A DNA stretch of 64,000 nucleotides from an uncultured Actinomycetes bacterium (GTDB lineage: Bacteria > Actinomycetota > UBA4738 > JBBDTT01): the NCBI GenBank assembly GCA_963742735.1, contig CAVUMN010000003.1, positions 736,001 through 800,000 of the forward strand, read 5' to 3'. The notes under the pieces were generated by a model. It saw only the letters and a list, made by a program, of their open reading frames with translations. It was not told the origin of the DNA and searched no databases. Made by a program: the position numbers and the translations under genes. Positions 42,594 to 54,240 of the stretch are shown here, one piece after another (the first letter of the stretch is position 1; each line of letters begins with the position of its first letter).

Positions 42594-44312
42594 GTGCCCA
42601 GGCCGAACGACGAGGTCGCGGACGTCCTCCAGGAGCTCGCCGACCTGCTGGCGATCATCGGCGGCGATCCGCACAAGCCACGGGCCTACGAGAAGGCGGC
42701 CCGCTCGATCGGCGGCTACCACGCCGACGTCTCGACGCTGGACCTGAAGGGCATCCTGGCCATCCCCCAGGTCGGCAAGTCGATCGCCGTGAAGGTCCAG
42801 GAGTACCTGTCCACCGGCGCGATCCAGGCCGTCGAGGAGGCCCGGCTGCAGATCCCGGCGGGGGTCCGGGACCTCATCGCCATCCCCACGCTCGGGCCGA
42901 AGAAGGCGATGGTCCTGTACTCCGAGTTCGGCATCGGCTCGGTGGACGCCCTGGCCGAGGCCCTGGACGCCGGCCGCCTGGAGGGCATGAAGGGCTTCGG
43001 CGCCAAAACCGAGGAGAACATCCGCCGCGGCATCGACCAGCTGCGCTCCGCGTCGGGCCGCGCCCAGCTGAACGTCGCGATGGGCCTGGCCGAGGACCTG
43101 CTGGCCGAGCTCCGCGAGCTGAAGGGCGTGAAGGAGGCGGACTACGCCGGGTCGCTGCGCCGCATGCGAGAGACGATCGGCGACATCGACCTGCTCGTGG
43201 CCAGCACCAAGCCCGGCCCGATCATGGACGCGTTCACCTCGCACCCCCTCGTCGAGCACGTGAAAGCGCACGGCGACACGAAGTCGAGCATCCGGACCGT
43301 CCGCGGCCTGGACGTCGACCTCCGCGTGGTCCCCCCCGAGTGCTGGGGCGCGGCCATGCAGTACTTCACCGGCTCGAAGGCCCACAACATCCGCATCCGT
43401 GAGATGGCGGTGCGCAAGAAGCTGAAGCTCTCCGAGTACGGCCTGCACCGGGTCGACGACGACTCGCTCGTCGCGGCGGAGACCGAGGAGGAGGTCTACG
43501 AGCACCTCGGCATGCCCTGGATCGCGCCGACCCTTCGCGAGGACCGCGGCGAGGTCGAGGCCGCCCTGAAGGGCGAGCTCCCCGGCCTGGTCGAGCTGAG
43601 GGACCTGAAGGGCGACCTCCACACCCACACGATCCTGACCGACGGCCTGGCCACGCTCGAGGAGATGATCGCCGCCGCCCGCGAGCGCAAGTACGCCTAC
43701 TACGCCGTTACCGACCACGCGGAGCTGCTGTACATGCAGCGCATGACCCGCGAGAAGATCCTCGCCCAGCGCGAACGGGTCCGGGCCCTGGAGTCCGAGG
43801 GGACGATGAAGCTGCTCCACGGCACCGAGCTCAACATCCAGCCCGACGGCTCGGTGGACTGGGACGAGGAGTTCCTGGACGGCTTCGACGTGTGCGTGGC
43901 CAGCGTCCACAGCCACTTCACGCAGTCGAAGGAGGAGATGACCCGCCGGTTCATCCGGGCCATGGAGCACCCGAACGTGAACATCATCGGCCACCCCACG
44001 ACCCGCCAGATCGACCGGCGTCCTCCGGTCGACGTGGACCTCGACGCGGTGTTCGCGGCCGCCGCCCGGACCGGCACGGCCATGGAGGTCAACTCCTACC
44101 CGGACCGGCTCGACCTGAAGGACGACCACATCCGGCTGGCCCTCGGGCACGGAGTCAAGTTTGCCGTCGACACCGACTCCCACGCCGTGCCCCACCTGAA
44201 CGGGATGCGCTACGGGATCGGGCAGGCCCAGCGAGGGTGGCTCACCCCCGCCGACGTGATCAACACGTGGTCGTTGGCGAAGCTCCGCCGGTTCCTCGCC
44301 AAGGGCCGGTGA
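42594..44312 (+). CDS. polX: DNA polymerase X family with C-terminal PHP domain
   Basis: HhH motifs, AGSLRR..ETIGDIDLL, YFTGSKAHN, PHP motifs DLHTHT, TDH, DSH. Confidence 0.94.
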   Translation: MPRPNDEVADVLQELADLLAIIGGDPHKPRAYEKAARSIGGYHADVSTLDLKGILAIPQVGKSIAVKVQEYLSTGAIQAVEEARLQIPAGVRDLIAIPTLGPKKAMVLYSEFGIGSVDALAEALDAGRLEGMKGFGAKTEENIRRGIDQLRSASGRAQLNVAMGLAEDLLAELRELKGVKEADYAGSLRRMRETIGDIDLLVASTKPGPIMDAFTSHPLVEHVKAHGDTKSSIRTVRGLDVDLRVVPPECWGAAMQYFTGSKAHNIRIREMAVRKKLKLSEYGLHRVDDDSLVAAETEEEVYEHLGMPWIAPTLREDRGEVEAALKGELPGLVELRDLKGDLHTHTILTDGLATLEEMIAAARERKYAYYAVTDHAELLYMQRMTREKILAQRERVRALESEGTMKLLHGTELNIQPDGSVDWDEEFLDGFDVCVASVHSHFTQSKEEMTRRFIRAMEHPNVNIIGHPTTRQIDRRPPVDVDLDAVFAAAARTGTAMEVNSYPDRLDLKDDHIRLALGHGVKFAVDTDSHAVPHLNGMRYGIGQAQRGWLTPADVINTWSLAKLRRFLAKGR

Positions 44313-44917
44313 CTCCGGCCTCGCTCCGGCCGCTCCCGCGGCGCTTCTACGCCCGCCCCTCCCTGGAGGTGGCCCGAGACCTGCTCGGCTGCCTGCTGGT
44401 TCGCCACGAGCCCGGGGAGATCGTCGCGGCACGCCTGGTGGAGGTCGAGGCCTACGAGGAGGGCGACCCCGCCAGCCATTCGTTCCGCGGGCCGACCGCC
44501 CGCACCGAGGTGATGTTCGGCGCGCCCGGTCACCTGTACGTGTACTTCACCTACGGCATGCACTTCTGCTGCAACGTCGTCACCGGCCGGCCGGGCGAGG
44601 GGAGCGCGGTCCTGCTCCGGGCCGCCGAGCCCGTGGACGGTCTCCCCGCGATGGCCCGCCGCCGCCGGACGGACGACCCCCGCCTGCTCTGTGCCGGCCC
44701 GGGCCGCCTGACCCAGGCGTTCGGGATCGGCCGGGAGGACAACGGGCTCGACCTGGTCCGCGGTCCCGGCCTCGTGATCGCCCGGGGCGAGCCGGTCCCG
44801 GAGGCGCAGGTGCATCGCGGGCCGCGGATCGGGATCCGGGTGGCCACCGACCGGCCGTGGCGGCTGTCGGTGGCCGGCAGCCCGTACCTCAGCCGTCGGG
44901 TGCGTTCGCCGGGTTGA
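44309..44917 (+). CDS. mpg: 3-methyladenine DNA glycosylase (AAG/MPG family)
   Basis: VARDLLG, VEVEAY, DPASHS, YVYFTYGMH, AVLLRA, GPGRL, PRIGI. Confidence 0.94.
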   Translation: MTPASLRPLPRRFYARPSLEVARDLLGCLLVRHEPGEIVAARLVEVEAYEEGDPASHSFRGPTARTEVMFGAPGHLYVYFTYGMHFCCNVVTGRPGEGSAVLLRAAEPVDGLPAMARRRRTDDPRLLCAGPGRLTQAFGIGREDNGLDLVRGPGLVIARGEPVPEAQVHRGPRIGIRVATDRPWRLSVAGSPYLSRRVRSPG

Positions 44918-47375
44918 CCCAGATCGTGACGGTGGTCCCCTCCTCGGCCTCCTCGCCGCCGGAGGGGCTCTGGCTCCACACCCGGTTCGGTACGGCCGAG
45001 CAGTCGGGGTCCGTGGGCTCACACCGCCACTGATTCACGAGGTCGACCACGTAGCCCATCGCCTCGAGCGTCTCGATCGCGTCGGCCCGGGGCATGCCGA
45101 CCACGTCCGGTACCTTCCCGTCGAACGAGCCGGGGGAGGGCGGTGGGCGAGAGTCGGTGGCGACCACCAGGCCGATGGCCGTGCCCATGTAGGCGTCCTG
45201 GCCGGGGCCGGGGTCCTGGCTGAGCACCGAGCCCGGCGCCTGGCCCGGCGCGTACTCCTCCGTGACGGCGGCGGCGAAGCCGTTGGCCTGCAGGGTCGCT
45301 TGGGCCTCCTCCAGGGGCAGTCCCACCACCGAGGGGACGGGGAGCAGCTGCGGCTCGCTGGGCTCGGCGCACCGCTCGCGGGGCTGGGTGCCGGCCGGGT
45401 AGCGGACCTCGCGGATCAGCTGGGGCGGCGTGAACTTGTTGGGCAGGCACCCGCGGGTGAAGTCGATCTTGATCGTCACGTAGCCGAACTCCGGCCGGGG
45501 GAAGTCGCGCGCGGGGAGCCCCTGCACCGCCCGGACCATGAACGCGTGCCAGATCTGAGCCGGCCAGGACCCGCCGGTGACGTGGGGCAGGCGCGTCCGA
45601 GGGGCGACCATCTCGATGCCCCCGCGGGGGAACCCCACCCAGACGGCCGCGGCCAGCTGGGGTACGTAGCCGGCGAACCAGGCGTCGCGCCACTGCTGCC
45701 CGGTCCCGGTCTTGCCCGCGGCCGGGCGGTCCAGGGCCGCGGCGGTACCGGTGCCGGACAGGACCACCTTCTTGAGGATCTCGGTGGTCACCCAGGCGAC
45801 CGCGGGGTTGACGACCTGGTCGAGGCGCGGCTTGTTCTGGACCAGCACCTTCCCGCTCGCGTCCTGGATCTTGGTGATCGCGATCGGGCGGGTGTGGGCG
45901 CCGTTCGTCGCGAGCGTCCCGTACGCCGACGCCATCTCCAGCGGGTTGACCGGGCTCGTCCCGAGGATCGTCGAGGGGTAGTTCACGAGCTTGCTGCGGA
46001 TCCCCATCTTGTGGGCCGTCTCGTTCAGGAGCCGGGCGCCCAGGAACGGGTCGCCCCCGCCGATGTCCCTGACCACCTGCGCGTAGACGACGTTCACGCT
46101 GTTGATCGTGGCCTGCTCCAGCGTGATCGACCCGAACGCCGAGCCGTCGTAGTTCTGCACGGGCCACGACCCTCCGCCGGGCAGCGGCAGGACGATGCCC
46201 GAGCCGGCGGTGTAGATCCGGTCCGGAGGGATCCCCCGCTCAAGCGCGGTGACGAGCCCGAACGGCTTGAACGACGAGCCGGCGGAGCGCCCGACGGCCC
46301 CGTCGGCCGTGGCCAGGTTCACCTTCGCCACCGGGTCCTTGCGCGAGAAGAAGTCCCGGCCCCCGACCATCGCCTTGATGTGCCCCGTCCGCGGGTCGAC
46401 GACCGTCATCGCCCCGTACGGGTCGGTCCGGTAGATCAGGACGTCGCTGACGGCCTTCTCCGCGAAGCCCTGCAGGCGGGGGTCGAGCGTGGTGTAGATC
46501 CGCAGGCCCCCGGTGTACAGGGCCTTCTCACGCTCTTCCTTGGTGGCGCCGAGCCGGCGGTCCGCGATCACCTGGCGGCGCACGTAGTCGACGAAGTGCG
46601 CGGCGGGGTAGCGGCGCGTCTCGGGGGGAACCTTCAGGCCGAGCTGCCTTCCGCCGGTGAGCTCCTCCTGGGCCCGGGTGATGTAGCCCTGCTCGCGCAT
46701 CAGGCGCAGGACCAGGTTCCGCCGCTCGATCGCGACCTCGGGATGGTCGATCGGGTCGTAGTCGGTAGGCGCGGCGATCACCCCGGCGAGCGTCGCGGCC
46801 TGGGCCAGGGTGAGCTCGCTCGCGTCGCGGGAGAAGTAGTGGTGGGCGGCGGCCTCGACCCCATACGCGCCGTCGCCGAAGTACACCGTGTTCAGGTACT
46901 TGCCCAGGATCTCGAGCTTCGGGTACTTTTGCTCGAGTTCCCAGGCCAGCCGTGCCTCCCGCAGTTTGCGGTTGAGCGTCCGCTCGCCGCCGGTCAGCAC
47001 GTTCTTCACGTACTGCTGGGTGATCGTCGAGCCACCCTCGACGATCGCGCCCTCGGTGGCGTTCACGTAGAGGGCCCGCATGACCGCCTTGAGGTCCACG
47101 CCGCGGTGCTCGTAGAACCGGGAGTCCTCGATGGCGACGACGGCGTTTCGCATGTGCTCGGGGATGTCGAGGATCGGCACGAGCGTGCGGTCCTGCTCGG
47201 CGTGCAGCGTCGTGAGGATCGTCCCGTCGGCCGCGTAGACGATCGAGGTCTGGGCGAGCGGGATCTCCGCCGGCTCGTCGTCGGTGAGGTCGGGCAGCCG
47301 GCACGCCGCGGCCGCGAGGGCCACGAGAACGAGCAGGAGCGCCAGGGGAGTGCGCAGGAGGGCTCGACGTGACAT
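44889..47375 (-). CDS. Class A penicillin-binding protein (transglycosylase-transpeptidase) with two C-terminal PASTA domains
   Basis: EDSRFYEH.GVD, GGSTITQQ, RKLRE, SSFK (SxxK), SVN, KTGT; VPSVVG and VPDVVG PASTA starts. Confidence 0.93.
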   Translation of the reverse strand: MSRRALLRTPLALLLVLVALAAAACRLPDLTDDEPAEIPLAQTSIVYAADGTILTTLHAEQDRTLVPILDIPEHMRNAVVAIEDSRFYEHRGVDLKAVMRALYVNATEGAIVEGGSTITQQYVKNVLTGGERTLNRKLREARLAWELEQKYPKLEILGKYLNTVYFGDGAYGVEAAAHHYFSRDASELTLAQAATLAGVIAAPTDYDPIDHPEVAIERRNLVLRLMREQGYITRAQEELTGGRQLGLKVPPETRRYPAAHFVDYVRRQVIADRRLGATKEEREKALYTGGLRIYTTLDPRLQGFAEKAVSDVLIYRTDPYGAMTVVDPRTGHIKAMVGGRDFFSRKDPVAKVNLATADGAVGRSAGSSFKPFGLVTALERGIPPDRIYTAGSGIVLPLPGGGSWPVQNYDGSAFGSITLEQATINSVNVVYAQVVRDIGGGDPFLGARLLNETAHKMGIRSKLVNYPSTILGTSPVNPLEMASAYGTLATNGAHTRPIAITKIQDASGKVLVQNKPRLDQVVNPAVAWVTTEILKKVVLSGTGTAAALDRPAAGKTGTGQQWRDAWFAGYVPQLAAAVWVGFPRGGIEMVAPRTRLPHVTGGSWPAQIWHAFMVRAVQGLPARDFPRPEFGYVTIKIDFTRGCLPNKFTPPQLIREVRYPAGTQPRERCAEPSEPQLLPVPSVVGLPLEEAQATLQANGFAAAVTEEYAPGQAPGSVLSQDPGPGQDAYMGTAIGLVVATDSRPPPSPGSFDGKVPDVVGMPRADAIETLEAMGYVVDLVNQWRCEPTDPDCSAVPNRVWSQSPSGGEEAEEGTTVTIWVNPANAPDG

Positions 47376-47443
47376 ACGAGGAACAAAGTCTAGCCACGCC
47401 ACCTGCGAAAACTGGGAGGTCGGCTCACGTACCATCGGCGCCT

Positions 47444-48622
47444 GTGAGCGGCCTGGAGATCCTGATCGACGACGCGGCGGAGGTCGTCCCCGCCGAGGAG
47501 CTCGAGCGCAAGCTCGCCCTGGGCCGGCCGCTGCGGGTGAAGCTGGGGCTCGACCCCACGGCCGAGCACGTGACGCTCGGGTGGGCCGTGGTCCTGCGCA
47601 AGCTCCGCGCGTTCCAGGACGCCGGGCACGTCGCGGTCCTGATCGTGGGCGACTTCACCGCCCGGGTCGGCGACCCGAGCGGCAAGTCCGAGACGCGGCC
47701 GCGCCTGGAGAAGGACGTGGTCAAGGCCTACGCGGACCGGCTCCTCGACCAGTTCAAGCTGATCGTGAGCGAGGAGCGCCTGGAGATCCGCTACAACTCC
47801 GAGTGGCTCGAGCCCTTGACCATGGAGGAGGTCCTGGGCCTCACCAGCAAGTACACCGTGGCCCGGATGCTCGAGCGAGACGACTTCGCGAAGCGCTACG
47901 AAGCGGGCAAGCCGATCTCGGTGATGGAGTTCCTGTACCCGCTCATGCAGGCGTACGACTCGGTGGCCGTGGAGGCGGACGTGGAGCTCGGCGGGACGGA
48001 CCAGCTGTTCAACCTGCTGGTCGGCCGGGAGATTCAGCGCGACTACGGGCAGGAGCCCCAGGTCGCGTTCACCATGCCGCTGCTGGAGGGGATCGACGGC
48101 GTCCAGAAGATGAGCCAGTCGCTCGGGAACTATGTCGGGATCACCGAGGAGCCCGAGGAGATGTTCGGCAAGCTCATGCGGATTCCCGACGAGCTGACCG
48201 CCAAGTATCTGCGCCTGTGCACCGACGCGGCCCCCGCCGACGAGGCCCTGCCCCCCGTGAAGGCCAAACGGAACATGGCCCGGACGATCGTGGCGACCTA
48301 CCACGGCGAGGCGGCCGCCGACGCCGCCGAGGCCAGGTTCGACACCGTCCACGTTGAGCACGAGCTCCCCGAGGACGTGCCAGAGATCCCCCTGCCCCCC
48401 GACGCCGTGAAGGACGGCGCGGTGTGGCTTCCCCGGCTCCTCGTCTCCGCGGGACTGGCCGAGTCCAACGGCGACGCCCGCCGCTTGATCGAGAGCGGGG
48501 GCGTGAGGGTCAACCAGCAGGCGGTGACCGACCCGGCGACGGAGTTCAGCCCCGAGGACCTCGCCGGCGCCGTGGTGCAGGTCGGCCGCCGGCGGTTCGT
48601 GCGGATCGCCGCGTCCGGCTAG
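47444..48622 (+). CDS. tyrS: Tyrosine--tRNA ligase
   Basis: KLGLDPT, GDFTARVGDPSGKSETR, EFLYPLMQAYDS, GGTDQLFN, C-terminal S4 domain; class I motifs deviant (TLGW, KMSQS). Confidence 0.95.
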   Translation: MSGLEILIDDAAEVVPAEELERKLALGRPLRVKLGLDPTAEHVTLGWAVVLRKLRAFQDAGHVAVLIVGDFTARVGDPSGKSETRPRLEKDVVKAYADRLLDQFKLIVSEERLEIRYNSEWLEPLTMEEVLGLTSKYTVARMLERDDFAKRYEAGKPISVMEFLYPLMQAYDSVAVEADVELGGTDQLFNLLVGREIQRDYGQEPQVAFTMPLLEGIDGVQKMSQSLGNYVGITEEPEEMFGKLMRIPDELTAKYLRLCTDAAPADEALPPVKAKRNMARTIVATYHGEAAADAAEARFDTVHVEHELPEDVPEIPLPPDAVKDGAVWLPRLLVSAGLAESNGDARRLIESGGVRVNQQAVTDPATEFSPEDLAGAVVQVGRRRFVRIAASG

Positions 48623-48625
48623 GCC

Positions 48626-49213
48626 TCAGACCGACGCCGTCGGCCCGGGCGACTCGGGGGTCTCGCTGGGGGAGGGGTCCGGGCTCGGCGCTGGGGTGAT
48701 CCGATAGTCCACGAACGTCACCACCGCGGTGGGGCCGCTCGGGTTGTCGGCGATCAGGACGACGATCGGCCGCGGGCGCCCCTGCAGCGGGATCGTGAAC
48801 AGCACGTCGTCCTCCTCGGCGGGGTGGCGCCCCCACTCGATCTCGGTGGCGAAGGCGTCCAGGCACGCGGCGTAGAACCCCGCGACCAGGGCCACCCGCG
48901 AGGACGCCTCGAACTCGAAGCCGCGGCCGGCGATCCGCCGGGCCGGGGTGCCGATCGGCTGGTAGGGGCCGGCGTACTCCTCCGGCCCCTGGAGCAGGGC
49001 GGTGGGGGGGACCGGGATCAGCCCGGGCATGCCCTGCGTGCGTGCCGAGCGCGGGAAGCACTCGCCGAGCTCGGGAGGATCCGACGCGAAGCTCGGGATG
49101 GGGGCCGGGGGCGAGCCGAGCGGCGACTGGGGCGGCTCGGGGACCGGCTCGCCCGTGCAGCCCGTGAGCGTCACGAGCACGGCCAGGAGCGTCGGCAGGG
49201 CGGCCCGTCTCAT
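48626..49213 (-). CDS. Hypothetical lipoprotein
   Basis: MRRAALPTLLAVLVTLTGC signal peptide and lipobox; Pro-rich linkers; TAGCCT 8 nt upstream of ATG. Confidence 0.65.
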   Translation of the reverse strand: MRRAALPTLLAVLVTLTGCTGEPVPEPPQSPLGSPPAPIPSFASDPPELGECFPRSARTQGMPGLIPVPPTALLQGPEEYAGPYQPIGTPARRIAGRGFEFEASSRVALVAGFYAACLDAFATEIEWGRHPAEEDDVLFTIPLQGRPRPIVVLIADNPSGPTAVVTFVDYRITPAPSPDPSPSETPESPGPTASV

Positions 49214-49305
49214 CGGGGGTGAGGCTATCCCGGCGCGGGCCGGAATGCCCGGGGCCGTGTCCAGGTTGTACCGATTGACCGCATCTGTGCCCCCTCGGGG
49301 CGGCG

Positions 49306-49335
49306 TTGACGCTCGAACGAGCACGGGTGTACCAT
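49306..49335 (+). promoter_or_regulatory. Putative rRNA operon promoter
   Basis: TTGACG-N18-TACCAT about 400 nt upstream of 16S. Confidence 0.65.
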
Positions 49336-49730
49336 CACCGATTGGTGTCGACCCCCGCGGGTCGGGGAGAAGGGCGTCTTCGCACTTGAAGCACTCTTCG
49401 ATTGACAAGCGAATGGAGGCAGGAACGACGGCCTGACATGCTCAGGTTCCGTTCCTGCCGCCGGCTCGTCCGGCGGCTTTCGTTTGTCGGGGAACCCCCG
49501 CGGGCTCGCACCTTGAGAACCGAACAGTGTGCCAAAAGCCAGTGCAGCAACTCCCGTCCTTTGATGGGAGGGTGCGCGCGAGCGTGCCCGAACGAAGAAG
49601 GCGGAATGTACTAACCAGCCGGACAACCGGCCGGATCGGAAGGACCGAGATATGCGTTAGCCCATCTCGGTCGCTCCGGTATGAATCTCGACGGCAGAGC
49701 TCGGCTTCGGCCGGGCGACGCCGAGAGACT

Positions 49731-51264
<1,534 letters not shown>

Positions 51265-52076
51265 AGCCATTGGCAAAACCTGGACCCGCTCGAGGAGAGT
51301 TCGGTACTCCTCCCGCGGACCGTCCGGGGGTTCCAGGTCAATCACTGGTTATTCCGGTCGCGTTCAGCGTGCCGAGAGCACTTAGTACGCCCAGCAATGG
51401 GAGTGGAACGGAGCTCGAGGTTCGCCGGCCGTGTCCGGGGCACACTGTTTGGTCCTGAGGGTGCGAGCCCTCGGGCGGGAGAAGCTGTCCCGTCCGTGAC
51501 CTTGAGAACCGCATAGCGAGCGCGAGCATCTACAGTCAAGTTAGTAAGGGCTTACGGTGGATGCCTTGGCGCCAGGAGCCGATGAAGGACGCGTGAGGCT
51601 GCGAAAAGCCCCGGGGAGCCGCCAACAAGGCTGGGATCCGGGGGTGTCCGAATGGGGAAACCCGGCCGGGGTCATGCCCGGTCACCCAGGTCTGAATACA
51701 TAGGGCCTGTGGAGGGAACCGCGTGAACTGAAACATCTCAGTAACGCGAGGAAGAGAAAGCAACCGCGATTCCCCAAGTAGCGGCGAGCGAACGGGGATG
51801 AGCCTAAACCGGTGCGGCGTGATACCCCTGCGGGGTTGCCGTGCCGGGGTCGTGGGACCCACATGCGAGTGCGCAGGAGCTCGCGGGGAGTTACAAAGTT
51901 AGCGGATAGTCGAAAGCCATGGAAAGGGCTGCCACAGCGGGTAAGAGCCCCGTAGGTGAAATCTGACTGACCTCCCTCGTGGTGTTCCCGAGTAACACGG
52001 GACCCGAGAAATCCCGTGTGAATCTGGGGGGACCACCCCCTAAGGCTAAACACTCCCTGGCGACCGATAGTGAACC

Positions 52077-52107
<31 letters not shown>

Positions 52108-52606
52108 GGGAGGGGAGTGAAACAGTACCTGAAACCGTGAGCCTACAAGCTGTCGGAGCTCGTCGTTGGGTAACCAGCGGCGGGTGACGGCGTGCCTTTT
52201 GAAGAATGAGCCGGCGAGTTAGCCGTATGTGGCGAGGTTAAGTCTCTGGACGAAGCCGTAGCGAAAGCGAGTCTGAAATGGGCGTCCAGTCGCATGCGCT
52301 AGACCCGAAGCCGAGTGATCTATCCATGGGCAGGTTGAAGCGGAGGTAAGACTCCGTGGAGGACCGAACCCACCAGGGTTGAAAACCTGGGGGATGACCT
52401 GTGGATAGGGGTGAAAGGCCAATCAAACTCGGTGATAGCTGGTTCTCCCCGAAATGCCTTTAGGGGCAGCCTCGGGCGTTCAGTATCGGAGGTAGAGCAC
52501 TGAACGGGTTAGGGGGCCTACAAGCTTACCGACCCCGATCAAACTCCGAATGCCGATACTCCAGAGCCCGGGAGTGAGGGTGCGGGGGATAAGCTCCGTA
52601 CCCGAG

Positions 52607-52639
<33 letters not shown>

Positions 52640-52679
52640 CAAGTTCGTGCTAAGTGGGAAAGGATGTGGGATTGCCCAG

Positions 52680-52714
<35 letters not shown>

Positions 52715-53637
52715 GAAAGAGTGCGTAACAGCTCACTGGTCAAGTGGTCCCGCGCCGACAATGTAACGGGGCTAAAGCACGACACCGAAGCTGCGGCATT
52801 CCTCGTATGGCTCGGCCTCGTTGGGCAACCTTCGAGGTCCAGGCCGAGGGATGGGTAGGGGAGCGTTCTCACGCGAGAGAAGCGGCGGGGTGACCCAGCC
52901 GTGGATGCGTGAGAAGTGCGAATGCCGGCATGAGTAGCGAGAGAGGGGGGAGGAGCCCCTCCGCCGATTGTCCAAGGGTTCCTGGGGAAGGTTCATCCGC
53001 CCAGGGTTAGTCGGGCCCTAAGCCGAGGCCGACAGGCGTAGGCGATGGAAGACAGGTTGATATTCCTGTACCAGCTCATTCGCGCCAAGGCCGAATCCAG
53101 GTTGCTAAGGGAACCCCCTTCGGGGGGCTACCGACCCACCTGGTACTAGGCCAGCGAAGGGGGGACGCAGGAGGGTAGGTGGACCCAGGCGATGGTTGTC
53201 CTGGGGTAAGCGTGTAGGGGGGTCCCCCAGGCAAATCCGGGGGGCCATCAACTCCGAGGCGTGATACCGAGCCGCATCAGGCGAAGCCACTGATCCCATG
53301 CTGCCGAGAAAAGCCTCTAGCGAGCGAGTGAGCTGCCCGTACCCCAAACCGACACAGGTGGACAGGTAGAGAATACCGAGGCGATCGAGATAACCCTGGT
53401 TAAGGAACTCGGCAAGTTGCCCCCGTAACTTCGGGAGAAGGGGGGCTTCGGTAGGGTGAGATCCTTCGCGGATCGAGCCCGATGAAGCCGCAGAAACCAG
53501 GCCCAAGCGACTGTTTACTAAAAACACAGGTCCGTGCGAAGTCGCAAGACGCTGTATACGGACTGACGCCTGCCCGGTGCTGGAACGTTACGGGGATGGG
53601 TTAGCTCTTCGGAGCGAAGCTCTGAACCTAAGCGCCA

Positions 53638-53719
<82 letters not shown>

Positions 53720-54170
53720 CGACTTGGGCACTGTCTCAACCGGGGACTCGGCGAAATTGCAATACGAGTAAAGATGCTCGTTACCCGCGGAAGGACGGAA
53801 AGACCCCGGAACCTTTACTGCAGCTTGGTGTTGGGTTCTGGTATGCGCTGCGTAGGATAGGCGGGAGGCTTTGAAGCTCGGACTCTGGTTCGGGTGGAGC
53901 CAACCTTGAAATACCGCTCTGCGTGTACTGGGACTCTAACCCGGGTCCATGATCTGGATCGGGGACAGCGCCAGGTGGGCAGTTTAACTGGGGCGGTTGC
54001 CTCCTAAAAGGTAACGGAGGCGCCCAAAGGTACCCTCAGTCTGGTCGGCCATCAGACGCCGAGTGCAAGGGCACAAGGGTGCTTGACTGCGAGATCGACG
54101 GATCGAGCAGGTGCGAAAGCAGGGCCTAGTGATCCGACGGTGGCATGTGGAAGCGCCGTCGCTCAACGGC

Positions 54171-54202
<32 letters not shown>

Positions 54203-54240
54203 TTCCCAAGAGTCCATATCGACGGAACGGTTTGGCACCT

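Noticed and set aside
49402-49430. TTGACA as a second rRNA promoter
   Set aside because: No acceptable -10 hexamer at 16-19 nt spacing
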